Counted from the stretch's first letter, positions 1 to 10,983 are shown. The stretch: 64,000 nt of DNA from an uncultured delta proteobacterium (GCA_963850305.1 CAWKKR010000008.1:512001-576000); one strand, 5' to 3'. Numbers and translations: made by a program. The notes: generated by a model not told the origin, from the letters alone.

Positions 1-592
1 CCACGGAGTCGGCGATCTCCCGGAACCTGGGAAAGTCGAGCACCCGCGGATACGCGGTCGTGCCGGCCCAGATGATCTTCGGTCTGTATTCCCTCGCGAG
101 CGCCGCGACTTCGTCGAAGTCGATGCGGTGATCGTCGCGACGCACGCCGTAGCCGTGGCTCGCGAAGAATTTCCCCGTGATGCTCACGTTCCAGCCGTGC
201 GTCAGATGTCCACCCGCGGGAAGCGCGAGCCCCATGATCGGATCGTGCGGCTCGCAGAAGGCCAGGTATACGGCGAGGTTCGCCGGACTCCCGCTGTACG
301 GCTGCACGTTCACGTGCTCGGCGCCGAAGAGCGCCTTCAGCCGGCTCACGGCGAGCTCTTCGAGTGGATCGATGTTCTGCTGCCCCTCGTAGTAGCGTTT
401 GCCCGCGTAGCCCTCGGAATACTTGTTGGTCAGAACCGAACCGCTCGCCTGGAGGACCGCGCGGGAGACGTAATTCTCGCTCGGAATGAGCCGCAGCTTG
501 TCGTGCTGGCGTCGTTCCTCGGCCGTGATGAGCTCGAAGACTCGCGGGTCGGACACCGAGAGTGACGGATCGCGCTGGGCGGGGTCGGTCAT
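1..592 (-). CDS. glyA: Serine hydroxymethyltransferase, 5' part (runs off the window)
   Basis: Manual minus-strand translation from ATG at 592 gives [38 protein letters not shown] ... [26 protein letters not shown], typical SHMT motifs. Not in the ORF track because it is open-ended. Confidence 0.95.
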   Translation of the reverse strand, partial: MTDPAQRDPSLSVSDPRVFELITAEERRQHDKLRLIPSENYVSRAVLQASGSVLTNKYSEGYAGKRYYEGQQNIDPLEELAVSRLKALFGAEHVNVQPYSGSPANLAVYLAFCEPHDPIMGLALPAGGHLTHGWNVSITGKFFASHGYGVRRDDHRIDFDEVAALAREYRPKIIWAGTTAYPRVLDFPRFREIADSV

Positions 593-736
593 GCGCGGAG
601 ACTACCGATGGGCGTCCGCCATCGCCAGCAGCCGATTCCGAATCCGTAACATCCTGGAATCATTAGCCATCGAAATTTCGGTTCGCACGGGTCTCGACGT
701 GGTGCGTCAAATCGACGATAGACTTCACTCACGCGA

Positions 737-3700
737 ATGGCCCCCCGCAGGACCCAAGATCGGCCCACTTCACCGACCATCCAGGTCGGTTCGGTCCCGG
801 CCATGGGAAGCGGGGCCGGACTCCCGCGAGTGCGGCGCGGGACGGACGACCAAGAAGTGGATAGCATCGTCGAGATCGAACCGGATCCCGACAGCGCTCC
901 GCCGAGCATCCCATCGGCCGCCGCGGCGAGCGCCCCGGGCGCAGTGCCGGCACAGCCCATTTTGCCGGGCCACGTGATCGCGGAGCGGTACGAAATCATC
1001 AACGTCCTCGGCGAGGGCGGGATGGGCATCGTCTATCGCTGCCGGGACCAGTCGACCGGGGATCTCGTCGCGCTGAAGCGCGTGATCTTGCCCGAACAGC
1101 AGCTCGCGGCCGAGTACATCGGCTGGTTTTACAAGGAGTCGCGGGCCCTGGCAGCGCTCGCGCACCCGGGCATCGTCCGCGCTCGCGACTTCGGGCTCCT
1201 CGCTGACGGCTCGCCGTTCCTGGCGATGGATCTCGTCACCGGGGTCTCTCTGCACGACCTCTCGCAATCCCGGCTCAGCTTCCCGATCACCTGGTCCATC
1301 GTGGACGGCGTGCTCGGCGCCCTCGCTCATGCGCACGCTCGAGGCGTCATCCACGGCGATCTGAAGCCTTCCAATGTCATCGTCGAGCAGCGCGTCGACC
1401 AGGCGCCCCGGATCCACATCCTGGACTTCGGGCTCGCGTGGCTCCGCCAGGATCCCCATGACGAGCGCCTCGACGGGGAAAAGTCCATGGAGTTTGCGCC
1501 GCACGCCGGCGCAGGAACGCCCGGGTACATGGCCCCGGAGCAAATCCAGCACGAGATGCACCACGTCCAGGGCGCGACGGACCTCTACGCGCTCGGGTGC
1601 ATCCTCTACAAGCTCCTCACTGGCCGCTCGCCGTTCTCGGGCGACCCGAAGGAACTCCTCAAGCTCCACGCTTATCATCAGCCCCCCGCACCGGAGCTCA
1701 TCGCCGGAGTCCCGCCGGGCGCCGATAAATTCGTCATGCGCCTGCTCGCGAAGCGTCCGTGGGACCGCTGGGAGTTCGCGTCGGAGGCGCGCCGGGCCTG
1801 GCTCAAGTTCGTGCCCGAAAGCATCGACCCGGAGCTACTCAAGTTTCCGAGTGTCGGCGTCCACGAAGACGACGCCAAGACGCCGAGCCGCCGGACCGCG
1901 CCGCGAAAGAGCGCCACGCTTCCGCGCGAACCTCTGGCGGACCGGGCACCGGGCCTTCTGAGCATCCGGCCGAGCCCGATGGTCGGCCGCGACGAGATCC
2001 GGACGCGCTTGCGAGCGGCAGGCGCGGAGATGATCGCCGGCAAAGGACCGCCGCATCGGCTCATCATTCTTCTCGGACCCGCAGGAGTGGGAAAGACGCG
2101 CATCGCCGAGTGGCTCTGCGAGGCCGCGCACGAGGACGGCCGCATGGTGCCCCTCACGGCGCGGTACCGCCCGGTCCGGACGGCGCTCGACGGCATGCTC
2201 GGCGCCGTCACCCAGTATTTCAACTTCGAGCGCGCGGATCGCGACACCGTCGAACGCTCGCTCCTCGATCGGTGGAAGATCGACAAGAACGATCGCAAGG
2301 GGCGATCCTGGGTCGCGGGAGCGGCAGAGTGGCTCCGTCCCATCGCACCGGGCGACGAGCGCGTGGGCCCGAGCGGGGTGCGCTTCACCCTCGACACCCT
2401 CGAGCTCCGCCGCCTCGTCATTCAGTACACCATCCGTCGCGTCGCCGACGGCAAGCCGCTCCTCTTTTTCTTCGATGATCTCCACCACGCCGCGCAGACG
2501 ACGTTCGACGGTCTTCTGAAGATTCATCGCGAGGAGCAAGACCAGCGGATCCTCATGCTCGTCACGGTGCGTTCCGAGGATGTGCAGCTCGGAACCCCCG
2601 CCGCGGAGCGCCTGCGCCAGCTCCGCGAGACGATGGACGGCGAGGTCATCGAAGTCGGACCGATGGATCGTGAAACGACCTGCGCGCTCGTCCGGGCCGC
2701 GCTGCCGCTCGACGAGGAGGCGACGTTGGAAGCCGCCCGCCGGAGCCGCGGTTTCCCGCTGTTCGCCCTGCAGCAGCTCCACTCCTGGGCGCACGCCGGA
2801 AACCTGGAGTTCGTCGGCGGCTCGTATCGCGTACCGCGCGACGTCCTCGCGGTGCGGCCCAAAACGACGGCCGATCTCTGGGACAGCCGCGTTGCCGCGG
2901 TGCCGCGCCAGCTCCGCGTCGCTGCCTATGCCGTCGCGACGCTCGGTACCGACATCCGGCGCGACGTCATGGTCGCGCTCCTGAACGACCTGAAGCTGCC
3001 GGCGGAAGAAGCCATCGCCCAGCTGCAGAAGGCGGAAATTCTGCTGCCGCGCGGGCCGGGTCGCTACGGGTGGCCGCATGCGCTCCTGCAGGAGCATCTC
3101 TTCGGCCGGCTCTCCGAACGCGAGGACGCGCGCCGGATGTTCACGGCGTCGGCGAAGGCCCTCAAGCTGCACCCGCTCGCGAACACGCGTCGCATCGTGC
3201 GCCAGCGCGTGATCAACCTGCTGTACGCGGGGGAGAACGACGTCGCGGCCGATACGTTCTTCGACTTCCTCCAGAGTTCGTGGAACGGCGCCAAGGAGCC
3301 CGCGCCGACGCTCGCGGATCTCGAGCTATTTCAGGGCCGGCTCGCGGGAAGGAGCCTTGCACTCGAGAACCGCTGGCGCGCAGAGGTCCTGCGCCATGTC
3401 GGCCGGACCGAGGAAGCGACGCACTCCGCACAGATGGCGCGCGAGCGCTTCGAACGGCTCGGCGATCGCGAGAACCTCGGGCACTCGTTGCGGCTCCTTG
3501 GACACCTGGCGAGCGAGCAAGGCGACACGGACGAGGGACTGCGGCTCGTCGCGCACGCGCACGACATCTTCGCGCATCTCGGCAACGTGCTTGGGCTCGC
3601 CCAGTGCGAGGCGGTCGCCGCGTGGATCGAATACTTGCTCGGCAACCACGACCGAGCGCGAACGATCGCGCTCGCCGGCGAGGGCCATTTCGCGTCGCTC

Positions 3701-4426
3701 GATCAGCCGCTCGGGCGCGGCCAGTGCCTGCTGGTGCTGTCGTGGATCGATCATCACGAGGGCGCGACGGAGCGCTCGCGCCGGCTCACCACCGAGGCGC
3801 GCGGCGAGTTCGAACGCGCTGGCTACCGACTCGGGCTCGCGCAGACCGACGCCTCGCTCGCGCACATCGAGCACCGGCTCATGAATTACTTCAGCGCCGA
3901 GCAACGCGCCAAGGAGGCCTCGGGGTTGTTCGAAGGCCTCCGCACGCCGCGCGGCCAGGCCGAGTGCGAGCGATTGCTCGCCATGGTCGGCATCGACACG
4001 GACGAGCCCGACGTTGCGGATCTTCGCGCAGACCGCGCGCTCGACATGTACACGAAGATGAGCGACCCCTGGGGCGTCGTGGAAGCCAAGCTGCTGAAGT
4101 GCCAGGCGTCGCTCTCGCGCGGCCGGCTCGACACCGCGCGCTCTCTGCTCGGCGAGATCCAGCGCATCGGCGCGCGCGAGCCCGAGCCGAAGCAACACGC
4201 CCTCCTCACCGAAGCCTGGCTCGCGCTCGAGTCCGGGGACCCGGACGGCGCGACGGCCGCCCTCGACGCGGCCGCGGACGTGTTCAGCGACCGCACCCGG
4301 GTGGGCGATCACACGCCGCACCTCCTCGGCCGCCTCGCCAGATTACCGTGGCCCGCGGACGTGCAGCCGCGCCTCGAGGCCTGGCGCGCGCTCGTGAATG
4401 ACCGTGGGCGGCGCGAACGGACCTAG
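737..4426 (+). CDS. Ser/Thr protein kinase fused to a P-loop ATPase and TPR-like repeats
   Basis: LGEGGMGIVY, VALK, HGDLKPSN, DFG, GTPGYMAPE; Walker A GPAGVGKT; Walker B-like LFFFDDLH; helical repeat C-terminus. Confidence 0.9.
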   Translation: MAPRRTQDRPTSPTIQVGSVPAMGSGAGLPRVRRGTDDQEVDSIVEIEPDPDSAPPSIPSAAAASAPGAVPAQPILPGHVIAERYEIINVLGEGGMGIVYRCRDQSTGDLVALKRVILPEQQLAAEYIGWFYKESRALAALAHPGIVRARDFGLLADGSPFLAMDLVTGVSLHDLSQSRLSFPITWSIVDGVLGALAHAHARGVIHGDLKPSNVIVEQRVDQAPRIHILDFGLAWLRQDPHDERLDGEKSMEFAPHAGAGTPGYMAPEQIQHEMHHVQGATDLYALGCILYKLLTGRSPFSGDPKELLKLHAYHQPPAPELIAGVPPGADKFVMRLLAKRPWDRWEFASEARRAWLKFVPESIDPELLKFPSVGVHEDDAKTPSRRTAPRKSATLPREPLADRAPGLLSIRPSPMVGRDEIRTRLRAAGAEMIAGKGPPHRLIILLGPAGVGKTRIAEWLCEAAHEDGRMVPLTARYRPVRTALDGMLGAVTQYFNFERADRDTVERSLLDRWKIDKNDRKGRSWVAGAAEWLRPIAPGDERVGPSGVRFTLDTLELRRLVIQYTIRRVADGKPLLFFFDDLHHAAQTTFDGLLKIHREEQDQRILMLVTVRSEDVQLGTPAAERLRQLRETMDGEVIEVGPMDRETTCALVRAALPLDEEATLEAARRSRGFPLFALQQLHSWAHAGNLEFVGGSYRVPRDVLAVRPKTTADLWDSRVAAVPRQLRVAAYAVATLGTDIRRDVMVALLNDLKLPAEEAIAQLQKAEILLPRGPGRYGWPHALLQEHLFGRLSEREDARRMFTASAKALKLHPLANTRRIVRQRVINLLYAGENDVAADTFFDFLQSSWNGAKEPAPTLADLELFQGRLAGRSLALENRWRAEVLRHVGRTEEATHSAQMARERFERLGDRENLGHSLRLLGHLASEQGDTDEGLRLVAHAHDIFAHLGNVLGLAQCEAVAAWIEYLLGNHDRARTIALAGEGHFASLDQPLGRGQCLLVLSWIDHHEGATERSRRLTTEARGEFERAGYRLGLAQTDASLAHIEHRLMNYFSAEQRAKEASGLFEGLRTPRGQAECERLLAMVGIDTDEPDVADLRADRALDMYTKMSDPWGVVEAKLLKCQASLSRGRLDTARSLLGEIQRIGAREPEPKQHALLTEAWLALESGDPDGATAALDAAADVFSDRTRVGDHTPHLLGRLARLPWPADVQPRLEAWRALVNDRGRRERT

Positions 4427-4462
4427 CGACGGCGCGTGCGCTCTGCGAGGCCAAACGAGTCA

Positions 4463-5368
4463 CTACCGATGTCGGTATGCGAAGCGAGCGCGGTCGACGC
4501 CCTGCTCGAAGGAGCGGCACGCGCCGACGACGACACCGTAGACGAAGCCCAAGCCTGTCGGACGGCTCGCGCGGACTGCGTTCTGAAGGCTTCGTGAACC
4601 GTGGTGGGCGACGAACCTGGCGAGAAGCCCGGCGCTATCCTTGGTCCGCAAACGAACGTGCTTGGCAAACGCGGCCCCCAATCCCACGCCGTAAGCTCGC
4701 ATGAGCTTGGACGCATCGGCCCCGTGTCGAACACCTAGGTGAACGACGGCTATCTCCTTGACATGGAGGACTTTTTCACCGGCTGCGATGACTCGAATCG
4801 TCAAGTCCGTCTCTTCGCCCGCCGGAAATTTTGCGCCGGCGCCGAGAAACGGATCGAAGGTACCGACTTGATCGAACACCCGCCGCCGGAAGGCCATGTT
4901 GGCGCCGATCCCCCAGGGCGCCTCAGGGTCGGGAAAGCTATGCTGATATTGGCGCTGGGTCGGATCGAACGTTGCCGCGTGGCCAGATCCTTGGAGCTCC
5001 TCCGGGAGGACAACGCGCCCGAACGCAAGCGCGGCCTCCGCGTCGTCGGAGAAAAGCTGATGCCACAGCACGACCCAGTTGTCGGGTACGCGACAATCAT
5101 CGTCCGTGAACGCCACGATCGGCGCGTGGGTACTTCCGATGCCGACGTTGCGAGCCGCAGAAAGCCCTCGCGTTTCGCTTCGAATGTAGCGGAGCCGCGG
5201 ATCTCGAAACGCTGCGAGGGCTTTCTCGGTCGCGCGGTCATCGCTCTGATCGACGACAGTGAGATCGAATCCGTCGCCCGGATTGCGCAGAATCGTTTCG
5301 ATGCAGGCCCCTATGTCTCCAACTCGGTTGCGAGTGCACACGATTACCGAGAGGGCCGGCACTGACAT
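4463..5368 (-). CDS. Glycosyltransferase family 2
   Basis: SVIVCTRNR, VVDQS, GLSAARN, AFTDDDC, GANMAFRR, GEETDL; start placed at MSVPAL. Confidence 0.85.
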   Translation of the reverse strand: MSVPALSVIVCTRNRVGDIGACIETILRNPGDGFDLTVVDQSDDRATEKALAAFRDPRLRYIRSETRGLSAARNVGIGSTHAPIVAFTDDDCRVPDNWVVLWHQLFSDDAEAALAFGRVVLPEELQGSGHAATFDPTQRQYQHSFPDPEAPWGIGANMAFRRRVFDQVGTFDPFLGAGAKFPAGEETDLTIRVIAAGEKVLHVKEIAVVHLGVRHGADASKLMRAYGVGLGAAFAKHVRLRTKDSAGLLARFVAHHGSRSLQNAVRASRPTGLGFVYGVVVGACRSFEQGVDRARFAYRHR

Positions 5369-5477
5369 GCGCCGCGACGTTAGCAGCCTTGGCGGCGCTG
5401 CGCTGCATGCCCGAGCAAGGGAGGGGTCGCGCACCCGCAGGCGGCTGCCGCCGAGGATGCGCGGGGGTGGGCAGCCC

Positions 5478-6350
5478 TTATCGCAGCGCCGCGGCCACGG
5501 CGTCGCGCACGGTCGGCCTGAATCTCTCCGAGAGGGGCGTCAGGGGCAAACGGATGCCGGAGCCGATGCGACCCATGACCTCGAGCGCCCATTTGACGGG
5601 GATCGGGTTCGATTCGAGGAAGAGCACCTTGTGGAGCTCGGCGAGCTTCTGGTCCATCGCGCGCGCGGTCGTCGCGTCGCCGGCGACCGCTGCGGCGCAG
5701 ATCGCGTGGAACTCCGCGGGCGCGACGTTGGCCGTGACCGAGATGCAGCCATGTGCTCCAGCGAGCATGAGATCCACGGCGGTCGCGTCGTCACCCGAGT
5801 AGACCGCGAACTCGCTCGAGACGCGGCCGAGAATGTCTTTCGCGCGCTCGACGCTGCCCGTCGCTTCCTTGATGCCGACGATGCGCGGCACCTTCGACAG
5901 CCGCTCCACGGTTTCGGGTAGCAGGTCGCAAGCCGTTCTCCCCGGAACGTTATAGAGGAGCTGCGGCACCGAGACGGCGTCTGCAACGGCCTTGTGGTGC
6001 AAGTAGAGGCCCTCCTGGGTCGGCTTGTTGTAATAGGGCGCGACGAGGAGGCACGCATCACACCCGACATCCTTCGCGGCCTGGGTGAGCTCGATCGCTT
6101 CGCTCGTCGCGTTCGCGCCCGTGCCGCCGATGACCGGTAGCCGCTGTCGCGCTTGCTCGACGATGAAGGCCATCACCTTGCAGTGCTCGTCGAAGGCGAG
6201 GGTCGGCGATTCGCCGGTGGTGCCCACGGCGACGATGCCGTCGGTGCCGGATCGCGCGTGCCAATCGACGAGACCGGCAAGCGCGTCCCAATCGATGTGC
6301 CCGCTCGCGTGCATGGGAGTCACGAGCGCAACCAGACTGCCTTTAATCAT
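5478..6350 (-). CDS. dapA: 4-hydroxy-tetrahydrodipicolinate synthase
   Basis: MIKGSLVALVTP, GTTGESPTL, PYYNKPTQEG, YNVPGRT, GIKEATG, SNPIPVK. Confidence 0.95.
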   Translation of the reverse strand: MIKGSLVALVTPMHASGHIDWDALAGLVDWHARSGTDGIVAVGTTGESPTLAFDEHCKVMAFIVEQARQRLPVIGGTGANATSEAIELTQAAKDVGCDACLLVAPYYNKPTQEGLYLHHKAVADAVSVPQLLYNVPGRTACDLLPETVERLSKVPRIVGIKEATGSVERAKDILGRVSSEFAVYSGDDATAVDLMLAGAHGCISVTANVAPAEFHAICAAAVAGDATTARAMDQKLAELHKVLFLESNPIPVKWALEVMGRIGSGIRLPLTPLSERFRPTVRDAVAAALR

Positions 6351-6572
6351 GAAGGGTTCTATGGGGCTCGAAACGAGCGCGGCACCATAGCGCGGAGACC
6401 GGTCGAATTCACCCGACGCCGCACGGACCGAGGGGGGAGGGCGCCGAGGGGGCAGCGCAACGTCTTCGATCGGGACGCATCGAATGAGAGAAACGACCCC
6501 GGGCGCAGATGACCCCACGGTCGGCACAAAAGCCGTGGTAGGGCGATGCCGGGCGAGATCGGAGCGATCACA

Positions 6573-7904
6573 ATGGGCGAGACGGAAGCCGCCGGAGAAC
6601 AGGGCCTGTCGCGGGAGGACTTGCGCGACGCTTGGGCCGTCCTCTCGGCGGAGGATCGCTGGCGTGGGTTTCGCCTGCTATCCCAGGAAGATCAGGAGGA
6701 ATTTTTCCTCGGACTCCCGTCCAGAAATCAGTCCGCGCTGCTCCTTTCCCTGCCCGCCGGCAACCGGCGCTCCTGGATGCGCATGCTCGCCCCGGACGAC
6801 GCGGCAGATCTCGTCCAGGAAGCACCTGCGCCGGAACGGGAGGGTTTGCTGTCGCTCCTCGACGACCCGACGCGGAAGGAGGTGAACGCGCTCCTCGCCT
6901 ACGCGGAGGACGAAGCGGGCGGCCTCATGAGCACCCGGTACGCGCGGGTGCGCCCCGAGATGACCGTCGACGAGGCCATCTCGTACCTGCGAAAGCAAGC
7001 GCGCGGCAAGCTCGAGACGCTCTACTACGTCTACGTGCTCGACGAGCACCAGAAGCTCCTCGGCGTCGTATCGTTCCGCGAGCTGTTCGCGTCGCAGCCG
7101 AGCACGCGGGTGCGCGACGTCATGCACCGCGAGGTCGTGAGCGTCCGCGCCGACCAGGATCAAGAATCCGTCAGCCGCGTGTTCACCGAGAACGACCTCT
7201 TCGCCATTCCGGTCGTCGACGCCGAAAACCGGATCCAGGGCATCGTCACGTTCGACGACATCGTCGACGTCGTGCAGGAAGAGGCGACCGAGGACATCCA
7301 GAAGCTGGGCGGCATGGAGGCCCTGGACGCGCCGTATCTCTCCGTCGACCTCGCGAAGATGGTGAAGAAGCGTGCCGGCTGGCTCTCCGCGCTGTTTCTC
7401 GGCGAGATGCTCACCGCGAGTGCGATGGCGTATTTCGAAGACGAGATCGCGCGCGCCGTGGTGCTCGCGCTGTTCGTACCACTCATCATCTCCAGCGGCG
7501 GCAACTCCGGCTCGCAAGCGACGACACTCGTCATCCGCGCGATGGCGCTCGGCGAGGTCCGACTCCGTGACTGGTGGCGCGTGGCACGCCGCGAGATCGC
7601 CGCGGGGTTCACCCTGGGCGCCGTGCTCGGCTCGATCGGCTTTTTGCGGATCGTCCTCTGGCAAGCCATCAAGCCGCTCTACGGCCCGCATTACCTTCTC
7701 GTCGCGATGACCGTATCGGGGAGCCTCATCGGCGTCGTCACGTTCGGCACCGTCGCCGGTTCGCTCTTGCCGTTCATCCTTCGCAAGCTCGGCTTCGATC
7801 CGGCGAGTGCCTCGGCGCCGTTCGTGGCGACCCTCGTCGACGTCACGGGCCTCGTCATTTACTTCAGCGTCGCGAGCGCAATCCTTCGCGGAACCCTTCT
7901 TTAG
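6573..7904 (+). CDS. mgtE: Magnesium transporter MgtE
   Basis: N-domain, CBS pair (AGGLM, YYVYVLD), GGNSGSQ, DPASASAPFVATLVDVTG; GGAG upstream of ATG 6573. Confidence 0.95.
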   Translation: MGETEAAGEQGLSREDLRDAWAVLSAEDRWRGFRLLSQEDQEEFFLGLPSRNQSALLLSLPAGNRRSWMRMLAPDDAADLVQEAPAPEREGLLSLLDDPTRKEVNALLAYAEDEAGGLMSTRYARVRPEMTVDEAISYLRKQARGKLETLYYVYVLDEHQKLLGVVSFRELFASQPSTRVRDVMHREVVSVRADQDQESVSRVFTENDLFAIPVVDAENRIQGIVTFDDIVDVVQEEATEDIQKLGGMEALDAPYLSVDLAKMVKKRAGWLSALFLGEMLTASAMAYFEDEIARAVVLALFVPLIISSGGNSGSQATTLVIRAMALGEVRLRDWWRVARREIAAGFTLGAVLGSIGFLRIVLWQAIKPLYGPHYLLVAMTVSGSLIGVVTFGTVAGSLLPFILRKLGFDPASASAPFVATLVDVTGLVIYFSVASAILRGTLL

Positions 7905-8001
7905 GGCGGGCCCCGTCGACCACTCCAGAGGAATGGAACAAGAAGTCGGGAGGTAAGGAAGTGACTCTCCGGCTTCCCGTCGATCTCGCCTGAGCCGTCA
8001 G

Positions 8002-8487
8002 TCAGTACAGAACCTTGTCCCGCTTGTCCCGCCATTCGGCGAAGAGCGCACGACCTTCGGGCAATTCGATCTGCCGTAACGGAAGGGACCGGCGTTCTGG
8101 CGGCGCAGTGAACTCGTCGTACAGGAACGCGTCGTCGAAGCCGACGGCCGCAGCGCCGTCGCGTCCCGTCGCGTAGACGACGGCGTCGATGCGGGCCCAG
8201 TAGATGGCCGCGAGGCACATCGGACACGGCTCGGAGCTCGCGTAGATTATCGTGCCGCGCAGGACGAACGTCGCCAGATTCTTCCCCGCAGCGCGGATGG
8301 CCATCACCTCGGCATGAGCCGTCGGATCGTTCGAGATCGGGACTGAGTTTGCACCCTCGCCCACGATCACGCCGTCTCGCACGACGACCGCGCCGAACGG
8401 CCCGCCGCGGTTCGCTCGAACCGTCTCGGCGCCGAGCTCTATGGCGCGAAGGAGAAAGCCGCGGTCGTCGATTCGGGGACGATACAC
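8002..8487 (-). CDS. Zn-dependent nucleoside/guanine deaminase
   Basis: GGPFGAVVV, DPTAHAE, SEPCPMC, GFDD. Confidence 0.9.
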   Translation of the reverse strand: MYRPRIDDRGFLLRAIELGAETVRANRGGPFGAVVVRDGVIVGEGANSVPISNDPTAHAEVMAIRAAGKNLATFVLRGTIIYASSEPCPMCLAAIYWARIDAVVYATGRDGAAAVGFDDAFLYDEFTAPPERRSLPLRQIELPEGRALFAEWRDKRDKVLY

Positions 8488-8522
8488 GATCCGGCGCTCG
8501 TTCGTGCGCCGTCAGCCGACCG

Positions 8523-9485
8523 TCAGCCGGCGGGCGCGAAGCGATCGGTCGCTAGGATGAGCTCGTGCACGATACCGGGCTCGAACGCGGAGTGACCGGA
8601 GTCGGCCGCGACGCGGAGGTCCGCTTCGGGAAACGCGAGGTGAAGATCCCAGGCGGTCACCATCGGGCAGACGACATCGTAACGACCCTGCACGATCACG
8701 GTCGGAATGTGACGGATCTTCGGTACATCCTCCAGGAGCTGCCCCTCGCGTTCGAAGAACCCCTCGTTCACGAAATAATGGCACTCGATCCTCGCGAACG
8801 CGAGCGCGAACTTGTCTTCGCCCGCGCGCGCAACGTAGTCCGCGTTCACGTAGAGATGACTCGTTGCCGCTTCCCAGATGCTCCACGCTCTCGCGGCCGC
8901 AGCGCGCACCCCTTCATCTTCGCTCGTCAGACGAGCGTGGTAGGCGCGCATCAGATCTCCGCGCTCGGCCGGCGGAATGTGGTCGAAGTACTGCTGCCAC
9001 GCGTCCGGGAAGAGCTCGCTCGTCCCCCACTGATAGAACCAGCGCAGCTCGCGTTTCCGCAACAGGAAGATACCGCGCAACACCAGCTCGGTGACGCGCT
9101 CCGGATGTTTCTCGGCGTACGCGAGCGCGAGCGTGCTTCCCCACGAGCCTCCAAACACCTGCCAGCGCTCGATGCCGAGGTGAACGCGCAGCGTCTCGAT
9201 GTCCGCTACGAGGTGCCACGTCGTGTTGTCCTCGAGCGACGCGTGCGGCGTGCTCCGGCCGCAACCACGCTGATCGAAGAGCACGATCCGATACTTCGAC
9301 GGATCGAAGAAGCGACGCTGCTTGCCGTCGGTGCCGCCGCCCGGACCGCCATGCAGGAACACGACGGGTTTGCCGTCCGGGTTTCCGCTCTCCTCGAAAT
9401 AGAGGGCGTGCGCGCCGCCAACCGGCAACATCCCGGTGCGATAGGGTTCGATGGGCGGATAAAGAACGCGACGATCGGTCGTCAT
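8523..9485 (-). CDS. pip: Proline iminopeptidase
   Basis: LYPPIEPY, LHGGPG, FDQRGCG, GGSWG, GRYDVVC, GHS; start placed at MTTDRR. Confidence 0.92.
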   Translation of the reverse strand: MTTDRRVLYPPIEPYRTGMLPVGGAHALYFEESGNPDGKPVVFLHGGPGGGTDGKQRRFFDPSKYRIVLFDQRGCGRSTPHASLEDNTTWHLVADIETLRVHLGIERWQVFGGSWGSTLALAYAEKHPERVTELVLRGIFLLRKRELRWFYQWGTSELFPDAWQQYFDHIPPAERGDLMRAYHARLTSEDEGVRAAAARAWSIWEAATSHLYVNADYVARAGEDKFALAFARIECHYFVNEGFFEREGQLLEDVPKIRHIPTVIVQGRYDVVCPMVTAWDLHLAFPEADLRVAADSGHSAFEPGIVHELILATDRFAPAG

Positions 9486-9505
9486 TGAGCTCACGGTCGT
9501 CGAGA

Positions 9506-10555
9506 TCACCCGAGACCAAGGCGTTCGCGACGGTAGGTGCCCTCGGTGACGCGGTCGCACCAGGTACGGTTGTCGAGATACCACTCCACCGTCCTTCGGA
9601 TGCCGGCTTCGAAGGTCATCGATGGACGGAAGCCGAGCTCGGCTTTGATCTTCGAGGCGTCGATCGCGTAACGCCTGTCGTGCCCGGGCCGGTCCTTCAC
9701 GAACGTGATCTGTCGCTCGTGGGGGTGCGGCGTCGGTCGAAGTTCGTCCAGCACCCGGCAGATCGTCTGCACGACCTCGAGATTGGTTCGTTCCGAATTT
9801 CCCCCGACGTTGTAGGTTTCACCAGGGGTTCCACGCTCTGCGGCGAGTAACAGCGCCGCGCAGTGGTCGTCCACCCACAACCAGTCCCGTACGTTCTTCC
9901 CATCGCCGTAGACGGGCAGCGGCTTCCCTTCCGCCGCGTTCAGGGTGACGAGGGGGATCAACTTCTCGGGGAACTGATACGGCCCGTAGTTATTGGAACA
10001 ATTGGTCGTCACCACGGGCAACCCGTACGTATGAAAGTAGGCGCGCGCAATGTGATCGGCGCCGGCCTTGGACGCCGAGTACGGTGAGTTCGGGCGGTAC
10101 CGCGACTCCTCGGTGAAGAACCCCGTCGGCCCCAGGGAACCGAACACCTCGTCCGTCGAGACGTGCAGGAACCGCGGCGACGACACGTTCTCCGATTCGC
10201 GGCTCAGGGACAGCGCCGCGTCGAGCATCTGAAACGTCCCGATGACGTTCGTTTGCATGAAGAGCGCCGGACCGTCGATGGACCGATCGACGTGCGACTC
10301 CGCGGCGAGGTTGAAAATGACGTCGGGCTTCACGCGCCGGAGCGTGGCGCGGACGAGCTCCCGATCGCAAAGGTCGCCCTCCACGAACTCGAACCCGGCG
10401 CGCTTCGCGACGGGCTCCAGGTTGTCCAGATTCCCGGCGTACGTGAGCTTGTCGAACACGACGACGCGCGCCCCCGGGCGGGCCGCGACGAGATGATGAA
10501 CGAGGTTCGCCCCGATGAACCCGGCGCCGCCGGTGACGAGGTAAGTGTGGGCCAT
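9506..10555 (-). CDS. rfbB: dTDP-glucose 4,6-dehydratase
   Basis: VTGGAGFIG, DKLTYAGN, AAESHVDRSI, HVSTDEV, YSASK, NCSNNYGPYQFPEKLIP, DRPGHDRRYAID. Confidence 0.95.
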   Translation of the reverse strand: MAHTYLVTGGAGFIGANLVHHLVAARPGARVVVFDKLTYAGNLDNLEPVAKRAGFEFVEGDLCDRELVRATLRRVKPDVIFNLAAESHVDRSIDGPALFMQTNVIGTFQMLDAALSLSRESENVSSPRFLHVSTDEVFGSLGPTGFFTEESRYRPNSPYSASKAGADHIARAYFHTYGLPVVTTNCSNNYGPYQFPEKLIPLVTLNAAEGKPLPVYGDGKNVRDWLWVDDHCAALLLAAERGTPGETYNVGGNSERTNLEVVQTICRVLDELRPTPHPHERQITFVKDRPGHDRRYAIDASKIKAELGFRPSMTFEAGIRRTVEWYLDNRTWCDRVTEGTYRRERLGLG

Positions 10556-10644
10556 CCCGGCGGAACGTAATGGAGCCCGGCGAGCCACGCCACCCTGCCG
10601 GGGGACCCATGGAAATGTGGCGGCTCCCGGGATACCCTGAGCGG

Positions 10645-10974
10645 ATGCTCGAACGCCTCGATCGGCCCACGCGACTCCAGCTCCTGCGCGTGCTCGCCGC
10701 GGCGGCCTGGGTCGACGGCGAGGTGCAAGATCACGAGCGCGCATTCGTCGGGAGGATCCTGGACAAGCTCCCCATCGACGAGGAAGAGCGGGAGACGGCG
10801 CTCGGCTACCTGGACACGCCACCCCACCCGGCACAGACGGATCCGCGAAAGATTCCGCCCGAGTACCGCGAAGCGCTCGTGAAGCTCGTCTGGCAGCTCA
10901 TCGGCGCGGACGGACAGGTGAGCGAGGACGAGCTGCAAGCCGTGAAGGATCTCGAAGAGCTTCTGCTCGACTGA
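10645..10974 (+). CDS. TerB-like (DjlA N-terminal-like) protein
   Basis: Two half-motifs: AAWVDGEVQDHER and GADGQVSEDE. Confidence 0.7.
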   Translation: MLERLDRPTRLQLLRVLAAAAWVDGEVQDHERAFVGRILDKLPIDEEERETALGYLDTPPHPAQTDPRKIPPEYREALVKLVWQLIGADGQVSEDELQAVKDLEELLLD

Positions 10975-10983
10975 GCCCGTCGG

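Noticed and set aside
6351..6572. Lysine or Mg2+ riboswitch between dapA and mgtE
   Set aside because: No recognisable conserved riboswitch sequence by eye; an Rfam/Infernal scan would be needed.
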